Part shown: positions 48,131 to 60,800 of the stretch, in pieces
Numbering within the stretch: position 1 is the stretch's first letter
Layout: each line of letters opens with the position of its first letter
DNA from: the human T2T-CHM13v2.0 reference genome, Homo sapiens
Direction: 5' to 3' (one strand)
NCBI RefSeq assembly: GCF_009914755.1
Contig: NC_060936.1
Length of the DNA: 64,000 bases
The notes under the pieces: model-generated
What the model saw: only the letters and a program-made list of their open reading frames with translations
What the model was told of the DNA's origin: nothing
Database searches by the model: none
Made by a program: the position numbers and the translations under genes

Positions 48131-51100
48131 TTTTTGTAGAATCTGCCAAAGGATATTTGAGAGTGCATTGAGGCCAATGGTGAGTAAGGAAATATCTTCA
48201 GAGAACAACTAGAAAGAAGCTTTCTGAGAAATTGGCTTGCAATGTGTGCAGTCAACACAGAGGTAATCATTTCTTTTGATGTAGGAGTTTGGGGCACCGT
48301 TTTTGTAGAATCTGTGGAGGGATATTAGGGAGTGCATTGAGGCCTACAGTGAAAAAGGAGATGTCTTTAGAGAAACTATAAAGAAGCTTTCTGAGAAACT
48401 GCTTTGTGATTTGTGTATTCACCTCAGAGAGTTAAACCTTTCTTTTGATGGAGCAGTTAGAAAACACTGTTTTTGGAGAATCTCTGAAGGGATATTTGGG
48501 AGCACATGGAGGCCTACAGTGAAAAAGGAAATATCTTCAGAGAATAACCAGAAAGAAGCTTTCAGAGAAACTGCTTTGTGATGTATTTATTCATCTCACA
48601 GACTTAAACCTTTCTTTTTATGGATCAGTTTGGAAACACTGTTTTTGTAGAATCTGCAACTGGATATTTGGGAGTGCATTGAGGCCTGTGATGACACAGG
48701 AAGTATCTTCAGAGAAAAACTAGAAATAAGCTTTCTGAGAAACTGCTTTGTGACTTGTCCTTTTATTTCACAAAGCTAAAGCTTTCCTTTGATAGAGCAG
48801 TTTCAAAACACTGTTTTTGTAGAATCTGCAAAGGGATATTTGGGAGCATACTGAGGTCTGTGGTCAAAAAAGAAATAACTTCAGAGAGAAATTAGAAAGA
48901 GGCTTTCTGAGAAACTGCTTCATGATGTGTGCATTCACCTCACAGAGTTAAACCTTTCTTTTGATTGAGCAGTTTGGAAACATTGTTTTTGTAGAAACTG
49001 CCAAGGGATATTTGGGAGCACATTTAGGCCTATGGTGAAACAGGAAATATCTTCAGGGAAAATGTACAAAGAAGCTTTCTGAGAAACTGCTTTCTGATAT
49101 GTGCATTCATATCACAGAGTTAATCCTTACTTTTGATGGATCAGTTTGTAACCATGCTTTTTGTAGAATCTCTGAAGGGATATTTGAGAGTGCATGGAGG
49201 CCTATGGTGAAAAAGGAAATATCTTCAGAGGAAAAAAAGGAAAGAATTTTTCTGAGAAACTGCTTTGTGATGTGTGCATTCATCTCAAAGAGTTAAACCT
49301 TTCTTTTGATGGAGCACTTTGGAAACACTGTTTTTTAGGATCTGCAAAGGGATATTTGGAAGTGCATTGAAGCCTAATGTGAAAAATGAAACACCTTCAG
49401 AGAAAAACTAGAATGAATCTTTCTGAGAAACTGCTTTGTCATGTATGCATTCATCTGAAAGAGTTAAACTTACCTTTTGATTGAGCAGTTTGGAAGCACT
49501 TTTTTTTAGAATCTATGAAGGGATATTTGGAAGCTTGTTGAGGCCTATGGTGAAGAAGGAAATATCTTAAGAGAAAATGCATTAAGAAGTTTTCTGATAA
49601 TCTTTTGTGATGTGTGCATTCATCTCACAGAGTTAAACCTGTGCTCCAAAATGGAGCATTTTGGAAGCACTATTTTTGTTGAATCTGCAAAGGGATATTT
49701 AGGAGCACATTGAGGTCTATGGTGAAAAAGGAAATATTTTCTAATAAAAACTAGAAAGGAACTTTCTAAGAACCTGCTTTGTAAAGTGTGCATTCATCTT
49801 ACAGAGTAAAACCTTTCTTTGATGGAGCAGTTTGGAAACACTGTTTTTGTAGAATCTGTGAAGGGATATTTAGGATCATTTTGAGGCCTGTGGTGAAAAA
49901 GGAAATATCTTCAGATAAAAACTAGAAAGAAACTTTCTGCAAAACCGCTTTGTGATATTTGCACTCATCTCACAGACTCACACCTTTCTTTTGGTTTAGC
50001 AGTTTGCAAACACTGTTTTTGTAGATTCTGCAAAGGGATACTTGGGAGCATATTGAGGACTATGGTGAAAAAGGAAATAACTTCAGAGAAAAACTAGAAA
50101 CAATCTTTCTGAGAAACTGCTTTGTGATGTGTGCATTCATCTCACAGAGTTAAACATTTCTTTTGATTGAGCAGTTTGGAAACACTGTTTTTTTAGAAAG
50201 TGCCAAGGGTTATTAGGGAGAACATTGAGGTCTATGGTAAAAAATGAAATATGTTTAGATAAAAAACAAAAATAAACTTTCAGAGAAACTGATTTGTGAT
50301 GTGTGCATTCTCCTCACATAGTTAAATATTTCTTTTGATGGAGCAGCTCGAAAGCAGTGTTTTTGTAGATCAATGAAGGGATATTTGAGAGTGCATTGAG
50401 ACCTATTGTGAAAAAGGAAATGTCTTAAAAGAAAAACAAGAAAGAAGCTTTCTGAGAAACTGATTAGTGATGTGTTCATTCATCTCACACAGTGAAACCT
50501 TTTCTTTATGGAGCAGTTTGGAAACACTGTTTTTGTAGAAACAGCAAAAGGATATTTGGGAGTGCATTGACGTCTATGGTCAAAAAGGAAATCTCACTAG
50601 ATGAAAAATAGAAATAAGCTTCCTGAGAAACTGATTTGTTATGACTATATTCATCTCACTGAGTTAAAACTTTTTTTCATGGATCTGTTAGGAAACACTG
50701 TTTTTCTAAAATCTGCGAAGTGATATTGGGGAGAGCATTGAGGCCTATGGTTAAAAAGGAAATATCTTCAGAGAAAACCTAGAAAGAAGCTTTCTGGGAA
50801 ACTGCTTTTTGATGTGTACATTCATCTCACAGAGTTAAACATTTCTTTTAATTGAACAGTTTGGAAACACTGTTTAGAATCTGCGAAGGGATATTTGGGG
50901 AGACATTGAGGCCTGTGGTCCAAAAGGAAATATCTTTAGATAAAAACTAGAAAGAAGCTTTCTGAGAAATTGATTTGTGATGTGTGCATTCATCTCACAG
51001 AGTTAAAACTTTCTTTTGATGGATCTATTTGGAAACAGTGTTTTTGTAGAATTTGCAAAGGGATATTTGAGAGTGCATTGAGGCCTGTGGTGAAAAAGGA

Positions 51101-51870
51101 ATATCTTCAGAGAAAAACTAGAAGGAAGCTTTCTGAGAATCTGCTTTGTGATGTTGCATTGTTCTCACAGAGTTAAACCTTTTTTTTTTATTGGAGCTAT
51201 TTGGAAACACTTTTTGTAGAATCTGAGAAGGGATATTTGGGAGTTCATTGAGGCCTATGGAGTAAAAGGAAATATCTTCAGAGAAAAACTAGAAAGGAGC
51301 TTTCTGAGAAACTGCTTTGTGATGCATGTGTTGAATTCACAGAGATCAACTTTTGTTTTGATGGAGCAGTTTGGAAACACTGTTTTTGTAGAATTTTTGA
51401 AGGGATATGTGGGAGTGCATTAAAGCCTATGGTGAAGAAGGAAATAACTTCAGGGAAAAATAAGAAAGAAACTTTCTGAGAAACTGCTTTGTGATGTGTG
51501 CATTCATCTCACAGACTCAAACCTTTCTTTTGGTTGAGCAGTTTGGAAACTGTTTTTGTAGAATCTGTGAAGGGATATTTGGGAGAGCATTGGGGACTAT
51601 GCTGAAAAAGGATATATCTTCATATAGAAACTAGAAAGAAGCTTTTTGAGAACATGCTTTGTGTTGTGTGCATTCATCTCAAACACTTAAACCTTTCTTT
51701 TGATGGGGCAGTTTGGAAACACTGTTTTTGTAGAATCTGCGAAGGGATATTTTGTAGCTCATTGAGGCCTATGGTGAGAAAGGAAATGTCTTCAGAGAAA
51801 AACGGGAAAGAGGCTTTCTGAGAAACCGCTTTGTGATTTGTGCATTTATCTCAAAGAGTTAAGCCTTTCT
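48131..51870 (+). repeat. Alpha satellite, monomeric, conventional orientation
   Basis: Return to the GATGGAGCAG / GGTGAAAAAGGAAATATC monomer class. Confidence 0.96.
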
Positions 51871-51874
51871 TTTG

Positions 51875-54800
51875 ATTCAGCACATTTGACACAACCTTTT
51901 TGTACAATCTGTGAAGTGACATTTAGGAGCCCATGTAGTCCCATGGGGAATAACTGAATATCCCCAGGTAAAATCTAGAAAAAAGCTAATTGTGAAACTG
52001 CTTTTTGATGTGTGGATTAATCTCACAGAATTAAACATTTCTTTTGATTCAACAGGTTGGACACACTGTTTTTGGAGAATCTGTGAAGAGACAATTCAGA
52101 GCCTAATGAGGGCTACGGGGAAAAACAGAATATCCCCAAGTAAAAACTAGAAAGAATGTATCTGTTAAACTGCTTTGTGATGTGTGGATTCATCTCACAG
52201 AGATAAAACTTCCTTTTGATTCAGCAAATTGGAAACTCTCTTTTTGAAGAATCTGTGATGGGACATTTGGGAACCCACTGAGGCCTAAGGAGAAAAGTCA
52301 AATATTCTCAGGTAAAAACTGAAAAGAAGCTGTCCATAAAAATTGCTTTGTTATGTGTGGATTTATATCACAGAGTTAAAACTTTCTTTTGATTCAGCAG
52401 GTTAGAAACAGCCTTTTTGGAGAATCTGCGAAGGGACATTTGGGATTCCACTGCAGCCCATTTAAAAAAACTGAATATCCCCAGGTAAAACCTAGAAAGA
52501 AGCCATCTGTGAAACTGCTTTCTGATGTGTGGATTCATCTCACTGAGTTAAACTTTTCTTTTGAAACAGCAGGTTAGAAACACTCTTTTTGGAGATTCAG
52601 CAAAAGGACATTTGGGAGATCATTCAGTCCCATAGGAAAAAAAATATATATAAATATATGTATACATATCTGCAGGTAAAAACTAGAAAGGAGCAATCTA
52701 TGAAACTGCTTTGTCATGTGTGGATTCATCTCACAGAGGTAACCCTTTCTTTTGATCCAGCTGGTTGGAAAAACTCTTTATGGAGAATCCATGAGGGGAC
52801 ATTTGGGAGCCCACTGTGGCCTTTGGTGAAAAACAGAATGTCCTCAGGTAAAAAGTACAAATAAGCTATCTGTGAAACTGCCATGTCATGTGTAGAATCA
52901 TCTCACACAGTTAAGCCACTGTTTTGATTAAGCAGGTTAAAAACACTCTGGACAATTTGTGAAAGACATTTGGGATCCATTTGCGGCCTATGTGGAAAAA
53001 CAGAATAGCCACAGGTAGAAACTAGAAAGATGCTTGCTGTGAAACTGCTTTGTGATGTGTGGATTCATCTCACAGAGTTCCCTTTGATTCAACAGGTTGG
53101 AAACACTCTTTCTGGAGAATACACGAGGGGACATTTGGGAGCCCATTGAGGCCTATGGAGAAAAACAAAATATCCCCAGATAAAAATTAGAGAGAAGCTA
53201 TCTGTGAAACTGCTTTGTGATGTGTGGATTCATGTCACAGAGTGAGACCTTTCTTTTGATTCTGCAGGTTGGAAACCCTCTTTTTGGAGGATCTGCAAAG
53301 GGCCATTTGCGATCCCATTGAAGCCTAAGGGGAAAAACTGAATATCCCAAGATAAAAACTATAAAAAAGCTTTCTGTGAGACTGCTTTGTCATGTGTGGA
53401 TTCATCTCACAGACTTAAAGCCTTCTTTTGATTCAGCAGCTTAGAAACACTCTTTTCAGAGAATCTACAAAGGGAAATTTGCAAGCCCATTGAGCTCTTG
53501 GAGAGAAAGAGAATATTCCCAGATAAAAACTAGAAAGAAGCTCTCTGTGAAACTTCTGTGTGATATGTGGATTCAACACAGAGTTAAACCTTTCTATTGA
53601 TTCACCAGTTGAAAACACTCTATTTGGAGAAAGTTAGAACAGACATTTGGGATCCTAATGAGGTCTATGGGGAAAAACTGAATATCCCCAGATATAAACT
53701 AGAAAGAAGCTATCTGTGAAACTGCTTTGTGATGCGTGGATTCATCTCACAGAGTTAAATCTTTCTTTTGATTCAGCAGTTTGAAAACACAATATTTCAA
53801 GAATCTGCAAAGGGACATTGGGAGCTAACTGATGCCTCTGTGATAAAACACAACATCCATAGATAAAAACTAGAAAGAAGCTATCTGTGAATCTACTTTG
53901 TGATATGTGGATGCATCTCACAGAGTTAAACCTTTCTTTTAATTCATCAGGTTGGGAGCCCTCTTTTTGGAGAATTGGTAAAGAAACACTTGGGATCCCA
54001 TTGAGGCCTGTGAAGAAAAACAGACTATCCCCAGCTAAACACTAGAAAGAAGCTATCTGTGAAGCTGTTTTGTGATGGGTGGATTCATTTCACAGAGATA
54101 AAACTTTATATTGACTAAGTAGGTTGGAAATCCTCTTATTGGAGAATCTGTGAAGAAACATTTCAGATCCCATTGAGGCCTAAGGAAAAAAACTGAATAT
54201 CCTCAGATAAAAACTAGAAAGAAGCTATCGGTGAAACTACTTTGTGATGTGTGGATTCATCTCACAGAGTTAAAACTTTTTATTGATTCAGCAAGTTGAA
54301 ACACTCTTTTTGTAGAAATGCAAAGCATTGTTTCAGAGCCCATTGTGTCCTATGGAGAAAAACCGAATATCACCAGTTAAAATCTAGAAATAAACTATCG
54401 GAGAAACTGCTTTCTGATGTGTTTATTCATCTCACAGAACTAAAACTTTCCTTTGATTCAGCAGGTTGGAAATAATCTTTTTGTAGAATCTGTGAAGGGA
54501 CATTTGAGAGCCCCTTGAGGGCTATGGGGAAAAACTGAATATCCCGAGATAAAAACTAGAAAGATGATATCTGTGAAAATGCTTTGTGATGTGTAGATTC
54601 ATACACAGAGTTACAACTTTCTTTTGGTTCTGCAGGTTGAAAACACTGTATTTGGAGAATCTGTGGAGGGACTTTTGAAAGCCCATTGAGGCAAATGGGG
54701 GAAAACAAAACATCCCCAGATAAAAACTAGAAAGAAGTTATCAGTGAACATGCTTTTTGATGTGTGGATTCATCTCACAAAGTTAAATCTTTCTTTTCAT

Positions 54801-57800
54801 TCAGCAGATTGGAAACCCTATTTTTAACAGTCATTGAAGAGATATTTGGAAGCCCATTGAGGTCTTCAGAGATAAACAGAATATCCCCAGGTAAAAACTA
54901 GAAAGATGATATCTGTGAAACTGCTTTGTGATATGTGGATTCATCCATACAGTTATACCTTACTTTTGTTTCAGCAGGTTGAAAACACTTTATTTGGAGA
55001 ATCTGCAAAGGGACATTTGAAAGTCCTTTGAGGCAAATGGGGAAAAACCAAATATCCCAAGATAAAAACTAGAAAGAAGCTATCAGTGAATCTGCCCTTT
55101 GATGTGTGGATTCATCTCACAGAGTTAAATCTTTCTTTTGATTCAGCAGGTTGGAAACACTATTTTTAAGAATCAGTGAAGAGATATTTGGGAGTCCATT
55201 GAGGCCTTTGGAGATAAACAAAATATCCCCAGATAAAAAGTGGAAAGAAACTATCTGTGAAACTGCTTTGTGATTTGTGGATTCATCTCACAGAGTTAAA
55301 TCTTTCTTCTGATTCAGCAGGTTGGGAAAACTCTTTTTGGAGAATCCTCGAAGTGACATTTTTGAGCCCATTGAGGAAAAAGGGAGAAAACAGAATATCC
55401 CCAGATAAAAACTAGAAAGAAGCTATCTGTGCAACTGCTTTGTGATGTGCAGATTCATCTCACAGAATTACACTGCCTTTCATTCAGCACTTTGGAAACA
55501 ATCTTTTTTGGAGAATCTGTGAAGATATATTTGGGAGCCCATTGGGGCCTATGTATAAAAACAGAATACCCCAGAAAAAAAAGTTTAAAGAAGCTATCTG
55601 TGAAATGGCTTTGTGAGGTATGCATTCATCTCACAGAATTAAAACTTTCTTTTGATTCAGCATGTTTTAAACACTCTTTTGGTAGATTCTGTGAAGAGAC
55701 ATTTAAGAGCCCATTGAGACCTATTGGAAAAAAACTGAATATATCCAGGTAAACTAGAAAGAAGCTACCTGTGAAACTGCTTTATGATATGTTGATACAT
55801 CTCACAGAGTTAAACCTTTCTTTTGATTCTGCAGTTTGGAAACATTGTTTTTGTAGAATCTGTGAAGGGACATCTAGGAGCTCATTCAGGCATAAGGAGA
55901 AAAAGCAAATATCCCTAGATAAAAACCAGAAAGAAGCTCTCTGTGAAACTGCTTTGTGATATGTGGGTTCATCTCACAGAATTAAACTTTTCTTTTGATT
56001 CAGCTGTTTTGAAACACTGTTTTTGAAGAATCTACAAAGGGACATTTGGAAAAACATTTCTTGGAAAATCTATGAAGGGACATTTGGGAGCCCATTGGTG
56101 CCCAAGGGGAAAAACAGAATATCCCCAGGTAAAAACTAGAAAGAAGCTATCTGTGAAACTGCTTTGCGATGTGCAGATTCATCTCACAGAGCTAAACCTT
56201 TCTTTTGATACAACAGGTTGAAAACACTCTATTTGGAGAATCTGTGAAGGGACATTTTAAAGCCCATTGAGGCCTATGGGGAGAAACAGAATATCCCCAT
56301 ATGAAAACTAGAAAGAAACCATCTGTGAATCTGTTTTGCAATGTGTAGATTCATCTCACAGAGTTAAATTTTTATTTTAATTCAGCAGGTTGAAACACTC
56401 TTTTTGAAGAATCTGTGAAGGGATATTTGGGAGCCCATTGAAGCCTATGGGGAAAAACCAAATATCTTCAGACAAAAACTAGACAAAAGCTACCTGTGAA
56501 ACTGCATTGCGATTTGTGGATTTATCTCACAGATTTTGACATTGTTTTTGATTCAGCAGGTTGGAAACACTTTTATTGGAGAAACTGTGAGGGGACATTT
56601 GAGAGCCCAATGTGGCCTATGGGGAAAAACCGAGTATCTCCAGATAAAAACTAGAAAGAAACTGTCCATGTAATCACTTTGTGATTTGTGGATTCAATTA
56701 TCAGAGTTAAACCCTTCTTTTAATTCAGCAGGTTGGAAACACTCTTTTTTGAGAATCTGCAAAAGAACATTTGGGAGCCCATTGTGGCCTATGGGAAAAA
56801 CTCAATATCTCCAGATAAAAACTAGAAAGAAGCTATCTGTGAATCTGCTTTGTGATGTGTGGATTCATCTCACAGAGCCAAACCTTTCTCTTGTTTCAGC
56901 AGGTTGGAAACACTGTATTTGGAGATTGTGAAAAGACATTTGGGAGCCCATTGATGCCTATGAGGAAAAACTGAATATCCCCTGATGGGAACTAGAAAGA
57001 AGCTTTCTGTGAACTGTTTGTGATGTGTGAATTCATCTCACAGAGTTAAACCTTTCTTTTGATTCAGCAGGTTGGAAACACTGTTTTTGGAAAATCAGCA
57101 AAGGGACATTTGGGAGCCCTTTGAGGACTATAGGGAAAAATGGAATATCCCCAGATAAAAACTAGAAAGAAGCCATCTGTGAAACTACTTTGTGATGTGT
57201 GGATTCATCTCACAGAGTTAAAGCTTCCTTTTAATTCAGCAGGTTGGAAGCACTCTTTTTGGAGGATCTTCGAAGTGACATTTGGGAGTCCATTGAGGCC
57301 TATGGGGAAAAAACGAACATCTCCAGATAAAAATTAGAAAGAAATTATCTTTGTTACCACTTTGGGATGTGTGGATTCATCTAACAGAGTTAAATCATTT
57401 TTTTATTCAGCAGGTTGGAAACACTTTTTTAGTAGAGTCTGTGAAGCAATATTTTGGTGGTCCATTGAAACCTATGGGGAAAAACTGAATATCCCCAGAT
57501 AAAAACTGGAAAGAAGCTATCAGTGAAATTGCTTTCTGATGTTTGGATTCATCTCACAGAGATAAACCTTTCTTTTGATACAGCAGGTTGGAAACACCTT
57601 TATTGAGACTGTGTGAAGGGATATTTTGGAGTACATTGAGGCCTAAGGAGAAAAAACAAATATCCCCAGGTAAAAACTAGGAAGAAGCTATCTGTGAAAC
57701 TGCTTTGTGATGTGTGGATTCATCTCACAGGTTTAAAGTTTTCCTTTGATGCAGCATGTTGAAAATACTCTCTTTGGAGAATCTGCTAAGGGACATTTTG

Positions 57801-60800
57801 CAGCCCATTGAGGCTATGGAGAAAAACTGAATATACCCAGATATAAACTAGAAAGAAGCTATCAGTGAATCTGCTTTGTGATGTGTGGATTCATCTGACA
57901 GATTTCAGCCTTTCTTTTGACTCAGCAGGTTGGATACACTATTTTTGGAGAATCTGTGAAGGGGCATTTGGGAGCCCATTTAGGCATAGCAGGAAATCTG
58001 TATATGCCCAAATAGAAACTAGAAAGAATCTGTCTGTGCAACTGCTTTGTGATGTGTGGATTAATCTCAGAAAGTTAAAACATTCTTTTGAATCAGTCAG
58101 TTGGAAACACTCTTTGTAGAATCTGCAAAGGGATATTTGGGAGCCCATTGAATCCTATAAGAAAAATGGAATATCACCAGATAAAAACTAGAAAGAAGCT
58201 ATGTGTGAAACTGCTTTCTGATGTGTGGATTCATCTCACAGAGTTAAAGTTTTTTTTCATTCAGCAGATTGGAAGCACTCTTTTTGGAGAATTTGCAAAG
58301 GGACATTTGGGAGGTCATTGAGACCTATGGGAAAAATAGTATATGTCCTGAAAAAACTAGATAGAAGCTATCTGTGAAACAGCTTTGTGATGTTGGATTC
58401 ACCTCACAGAGTTAAACCTTTCTTTTGATTCAGCAATTTATAAAAACTGTAATTTGAGCATCTGCAAAGGGACATTTAAGAGCACATTTTGGCCTTTGGG
58501 GAAAAACAGAATATCCCCAGATAAAAACTAGAAAGAAGCTATCTGTGAAACTGCTCTGTGACATGTGGATCATCTCAGGTGTTAAACTTTGTTTTTGATT
58601 CAGCAAGTTGGAAACACTCTTTTAGTAGAATATGTGAAGCGACATTAGGGAGCCCATTGAGGCCCATGGGAAAAACTGAATATTCCAAGGTAAAAACTGG
58701 AAAGAATCTATCTTTGAAATTGCTTTGTGATGTATTGATTCATCTCACAGAGTTAAATATTTCTTTTGCTTCAGCAGTTTGGAAACACTCTTTTTGGATA
58801 ATCTGCAAAGGGACATTTTGGAGACCATTTTGGCCTATGTAGAGACACAAAATATCCCCAGTAAAAACTAGAAAGAAGCTATCTGTGAAATTGCTTTGTG
58901 ATATGTGGATCATCTCACAGTGTTAAAACTTTCTTTTCAATCCACCAGTTGGAAACACTCTTTTTGGAGAATCTGTGGAGAGATATTTGGGAGCTCATTG
59001 AGGCTTATGAGGAAAAACCAAATATCCCCAGATAAAAGCTAGAAACAAGCAATCTATGAAACTGCTTTGTTATGTGTGGATTCATCTCACACAGTTAAAA
59101 CTTTCTTTTTAATCAGCTGTTTGGAACCACTCTTTTTATAAAATCCGTGAAGGGACGCTTGGGAACGCATTGAGGCTTATGGAAAAAAAAGGAATATCCC
59201 CAGATAAAAACTAGTAAGAAGCTATCTGTGAAACTGCTTTGTGACGTGTGGATTCATCTCACAGAGTTAAACCTTTCTTTCAATTCAGCAGTTTGGAAAC
59301 AATGTTTTTGTAGAATATGTGAAGGGACATTTGAAAGCCCATTCAGGCTTATGGGAGAAAACACAATATCCCCATACAAAAAGTAGAAAGAACCTATATG
59401 CTTTGTGATGTGTGGATTCATCTCACTGGGTCAAACCTTTCTTTTGATTAAGCATGTTGGAATCACTCTTCTTTTACAATCTGCAAGGGGACATTTGGGA
59501 GGCCTTTCAGGGCTATTTGGAAAAACTGAATATCCCCAAATAAAAACTAGAAAAATCTATTGGTGAAACTACTTTGTGATATGTGGATTCATCTAACAGA
59601 GTTAAACTTTTCTTGGATTACGCAGGATGTAAATACTCTATTTGAAGGATCTGTGAAGGGACATTTGGGAGCATATTGAGGCCAATAGGGAAGCCTGAAT
59701 ACCCCAGATAAAAACTAGAAAGAAGCTATCCGTGAAACTGCTTTGTGATGTGTGGATTCATCTAACTGAGTTAAGCCTTTTGTTGGATTCAGCAAGTTGG
59801 AAACACTCTTTTTGGAGAATCTGTAAAGGTACATTTGGGAGCCCATTTTGTCCTATGAAGAAAAACAGAATATCCCCAGATGAAAATTAGAAAGAAGCTA
59901 TCTGTGAAACTCCGTTATTATGTGTGGGTTCATCTCACAGATTTAAACCATTCTTTTGATTCAGCAGGTTGGAAACATTATTTTTGGAGAATCTGCAAAA
60001 AGACATTTGGGAGCCCATTGAGACCTATGGGGAAAAACCAAATATTTCCAGAAAAAAAAAGTAGATAGAACTTATCTTTGAAACTACTTTGTGATGTGTG
60101 GATTCATCTCACAGAGTTAAACTTTTTGTGATTCAGCAGTTTGGAATCACTCTTTTTGAAGTATCTGTGAAGAAACACTTCGGAGCCTATTGCAGCCTAT
60201 TAGGAAAACTGAATATTTCCAGGTAAACTGGACAGAAGCTATCTGTGATACTGCTTTGTGATCTGTGGATTCCTCTTACAGGGTTAAACCATTTTTTTTG
60301 ATTCAGCAGGTTGGAAGTACTCTTTTTGAAGAATCTGCGAGGAAAGGTTGGGAGCCCATTGAGACCTATGGGGAATAACAGAATATCTCCAGATAAAAAC
60401 AAGAAAGAAATTATCTGTGCAACTGCTTTGTGATGTGTGGATTCACCTCACAGAGTTAAACCTTTCTTTTGATTCAGCATGTTGGAAACCCTGTTTTTGC
60501 ATGTTCTGCGAAGAGACAGTTAAGAGCCCATTGAGGCCTATGGGGAAAACCAAATATCCCCAGATAAAAACTAGAAAGAAGATATCTGTTAAACTGTTTT
60601 GTTTGTGAGGATTTACATAACGAGTTAAAATTTTCTTTTGACTCAGGACGTTGGAAACACTCTTTTTGGAGAATCTGCGAAGAAACATTTGGAAGCCCGT
60701 TGCTGCCTATCTGGAAATACCAAATATCTCCAGATGAAAATTAGACAGAAGCTATCTGTGAAACTTCTTTGTGATGTGTGGATTCATCTCACGGATTAAA

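Noticed and set aside
56025-56095. Partial monomer repeat (GAATCT...GGGACATTTGG twice)
   Set aside because: Isolated out-of-phase indel typical of decayed satellite
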